Under the pieces are notes generated by a model. It did not search any database, was not told the origin of the DNA, and worked only from the letters and a program-made list of their open reading frames with translations. Made by a program: the position numbers and the translations under genes. A stretch of DNA of 59,346 bases, filler included. It is 9 parts of 9 records of this genome, joined end to end, with 100 filler letters (N's around TTAATTAATTAA, not from the genome) between each part and the next. Parts side by side here need not be neighbours in the genome. Positions count along the whole stretch, not along the records: positions 53,047 to 59,346 come from SRR31147125_50285; 8 more parts are not named here. One strand, written 5' to 3'. This document shows positions 57,511-59,346 of this stretch, in pieces (position 1 is the first letter of the stretch; the number at the start of each line of letters is the position of its first letter).

Positions 57511-58539
57511 GATATTTTTCAATTCCTTTTCTATATCTTCAATTGCAGGTAAGGTTGATTTTAAGTTATCAGGTAATGCTCTTGTTAATTCATATTCTGA
57601 TATTCCTATTGGCTTATTCATATCTTTTAACGCATATTCCGCGAAAACTTTATTTTTTTCCTCACACAATATTAATCCGATTGTAGGATTATCATTTTCA
57701 TTTTTTAATATATCGTCCACCGCAGAACAATAAAAATTCATTTTACCTGCATATTCTGGCTTAAACGAACCTTTCTTTAGCTCAATAACTACAAAACATC
57801 TTAATTGAATATTATAAAATAAAAGATCTAAATAGAAATCTTGGTTAGTAATTGTTAACTTATATTGTCTTCCAAGAAAAGCAAACCCCTTCCCTAATTC
57901 TAACAGAAATTTTTCCAAATACTTGATTAATTCTGTTTCAAGCTCTCTTTCTTGAAATGGTTCTGTAAGTGTTAAAAAATCAAATACATAGGGATCTTTT
58001 AAACTTTCTCTCACCAAATCAGATTGTGGATTAGGTAGAGTCATATCAAAATTATGTGTTATCTTTCCCTGCCTCCTGTGAAGTTCATTTTTTATCATTG
58101 TATTTAACGTATTCCTACTCCAACCATTATTATTTATTTGTTCGATGTACCAAAGCCGTATTGAAACGTTCTTAATTTTTTGCATTAAAAGTACATTATG
58201 CCCCCATGGAATACTTGAAATTGCTTCTTTATATTTTTCTAATTGGGAAACAGCTTGTTTCCCAATTGAATATTCTTTATACAATTGAACCATAAATTTA
58301 ATGTTTCTTTCAGAAAAACCTTTAATTTCAGGTAATTCATTTTTTATATCTCTAGATAACCTTGGGATAACTCCTTTTCCCCAACCTTCCTCTAGCTGTT
58401 TCATATATATCATTTCACCAATATCCCAGTACATAAGAATCATTTCTGAGTTTACTGATAAAATTGCTTTAGTTTGAGCAGCTCTAATTCTATTTCTTAT
58501 ATTATCAAAAATTGTGGCATATAATTTAATATCTTTCAT
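57505..58539 (-). CDS. yhcG: YhcG/DUF1016 PD-(D/E)XK nuclease-fold protein
   Basis: VNSEMILMYWDIG, KGFSERN, IPWGHN, WSRNTL, KDPYVFDFL, FLLELGKGFAFLGRQ, VVIELK, GKMNFY. Start ATG 58539 after RBS. Confidence 0.92.
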   Translation of the reverse strand: MKDIKLYATIFDNIRNRIRAAQTKAILSVNSEMILMYWDIGEMIYMKQLEEGWGKGVIPRLSRDIKNELPEIKGFSERNIKFMVQLYKEYSIGKQAVSQLEKYKEAISSIPWGHNVLLMQKIKNVSIRLWYIEQINNNGWSRNTLNTMIKNELHRRQGKITHNFDMTLPNPQSDLVRESLKDPYVFDFLTLTEPFQERELETELIKYLEKFLLELGKGFAFLGRQYKLTITNQDFYLDLLFYNIQLRCFVVIELKKGSFKPEYAGKMNFYCSAVDDILKNENDNPTIGLILCEEKNKVFAEYALKDMNKPIGISEYELTRALPDNLKSTLPAIEDIEKELKNIT

Positions 58540-58568
58540 AAATGTGACCCCCGATAATGTTTTTAAGT
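58534..58568. repeat. 35-bp direct repeat, copy 2
   Basis: TTTCATAAATGTGACCCCCGATAATGTTTTTAAGT; contains the RBS and ATG of yhcG. Confidence 0.9.
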
Positions 58569-58626
58569 TTAAAAAATAACGGCGCTTTTCATAATTAATT
58601 ATAGCTTTTATGGGTGGGATGTGCAA

Positions 58627-58735
58627 GAAAAAAGAGCACGCGAAGGTGCTCTTTAGAAATTCCCAATTAAATTTCTACCATAGTTATTGTTAAGAATAAA
58701 AAATATGAAAAGGCGAGAACGTGTCTCGCCTTTAA
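58627..58735 (-). terminator. Two tandem intrinsic terminators
   Basis: AAAGAGCAC...GTGCTCTTT and AAAGGCGAGA...TCTCGCCTTT hairpins with A-runs on the left. Confidence 0.65.
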
Positions 58736-58753
58736 TGATATTAGTTAATCTAC

Positions 58754-59341
58754 TTAATATTGTCTTCCTAAATTAAATCCAACACTTAGGGTAATTCTAG
58801 AATATGTCGGATTCATTTTTATTGTTTCTCCAAATAATTCCTCAGTATCTAATTCAAAAACTGTATTTACTTCCTCGTATAAAATTTCAATTATATAATT
58901 ATTATATTCCACTCCGATTCCATAAGCGATAAACTTATCCGCACCAAGGTCATAATTGGATTCAGAATAACCTTCAGCTAAATCACCTTCATTTATTAAT
59001 GCTACTCCATACTTAGAGATAATATATGGATTTATTTGCTGGCCTCCTGCAAAGTTATATTTCCCTTGCAAGTATAACGGAAGAAAATCAAACTCCTTTA
59101 CCCCTTCATATACCTTATCTTTTGCATCTAGCTCAGAATACCGTGTAAAACCAGCTCCTAATTCAAATTGTTTCATAAGCATAAGTTCAACCGATACATC
59201 TATACTAGTATTTGAATTAATGTCTATCTTGCCATCTGCATCAGTTTCTAACACACCATCAAAGTCAAGTCCAGCTTTAATGTTTAGACCTTGTGCAAAA
59301 CATCCCAGTGATAGGGTGATAAATAAAATAACTTTTAGCAT
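58754..59341 (-). CDS. Small outer-membrane beta-barrel protein (OmpA/porin-like)
   Basis: Signal peptide; alternating beta-strands (LPLYLQGKYNF, INPYI, YGIGVEYNNYIIEILY); aromatic C-terminus. Confidence 0.78.
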   Translation of the reverse strand: MLKVILFITLSLGCFAQGLNIKAGLDFDGVLETDADGKIDINSNTSIDVSVELMLMKQFELGAGFTRYSELDAKDKVYEGVKEFDFLPLYLQGKYNFAGGQQINPYIISKYGVALINEGDLAEGYSESNYDLGADKFIAYGIGVEYNNYIIEILYEEVNTVFELDTEELFGETIKMNPTYSRITLSVGFNLGRQY

Positions 59342-59346
59342 TTTTT

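Overview
This window is not one locus. It is nine unrelated contigs joined by eight artificial 100-nt spacers (N-run, TTAATTAATTAA, N-run), so gene neighbourhoods only hold within a contig. Many genes carry 1-nt frameshifts, mostly in homopolymer runs, which I read as sequencing error. Contigs (taxa inferred from gene content and expression signals): (1) 1-10523, aryl-polyene-type (ape) biosynthetic cluster; (2) 10624-16602, Bacteroidota hybrid two-component sensor plus a LytS/LytTR pair; (3) 16703-22241, Bacteroidota pta, ThrRS-like/uridine-kinase fusion and uvrA fragment; (4) 22342-28424, Clostridia-like DUF1189, MFS, SBP-GGDEF, DMT and pilT start; (5) 28525-35477, deltaproteobacteria-like sxtIJK-like trio, rluA-family gene, arylsulfotransferase, kinase and receiver; (6) 35578-40733, Bacteroidota AraC-TPR regulator and DUF5686; (7) 40834-45850, large SLH surface protein; (8) 45951-52946, Desulfobacter-like c-di-GMP enzymes with an orphan PhnD-like protein; (9) 53047-59346, low-GC diderm (Fusobacteriota-like) with two M30-type metallopeptidases, yhcG and an outer-membrane barrel. 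Best leads: (a) a small secreted protein between the two M30 peptidases that ends in a copy of their putative propeptide motif, a candidate trans-acting inhibitor; (b) three 21-bp-spaced LytTR boxes in front of a candidate sRNA that is antisense to Bacteroidota translation-initiation regions, with a second copy of the motif nearby; (c) yhcG bracketed by 35-bp direct repeats that carry RBS and start codon, followed by an MNT-HEPN-like remnant; (d) an arylsulfotransferase islet flanked by a duplicated rluA 5' end; (e) an orphan PhnD-like protein coupled to a membrane GGDEF-EAL protein. No CRISPR, rRNA, tRNA or transposase was seen.
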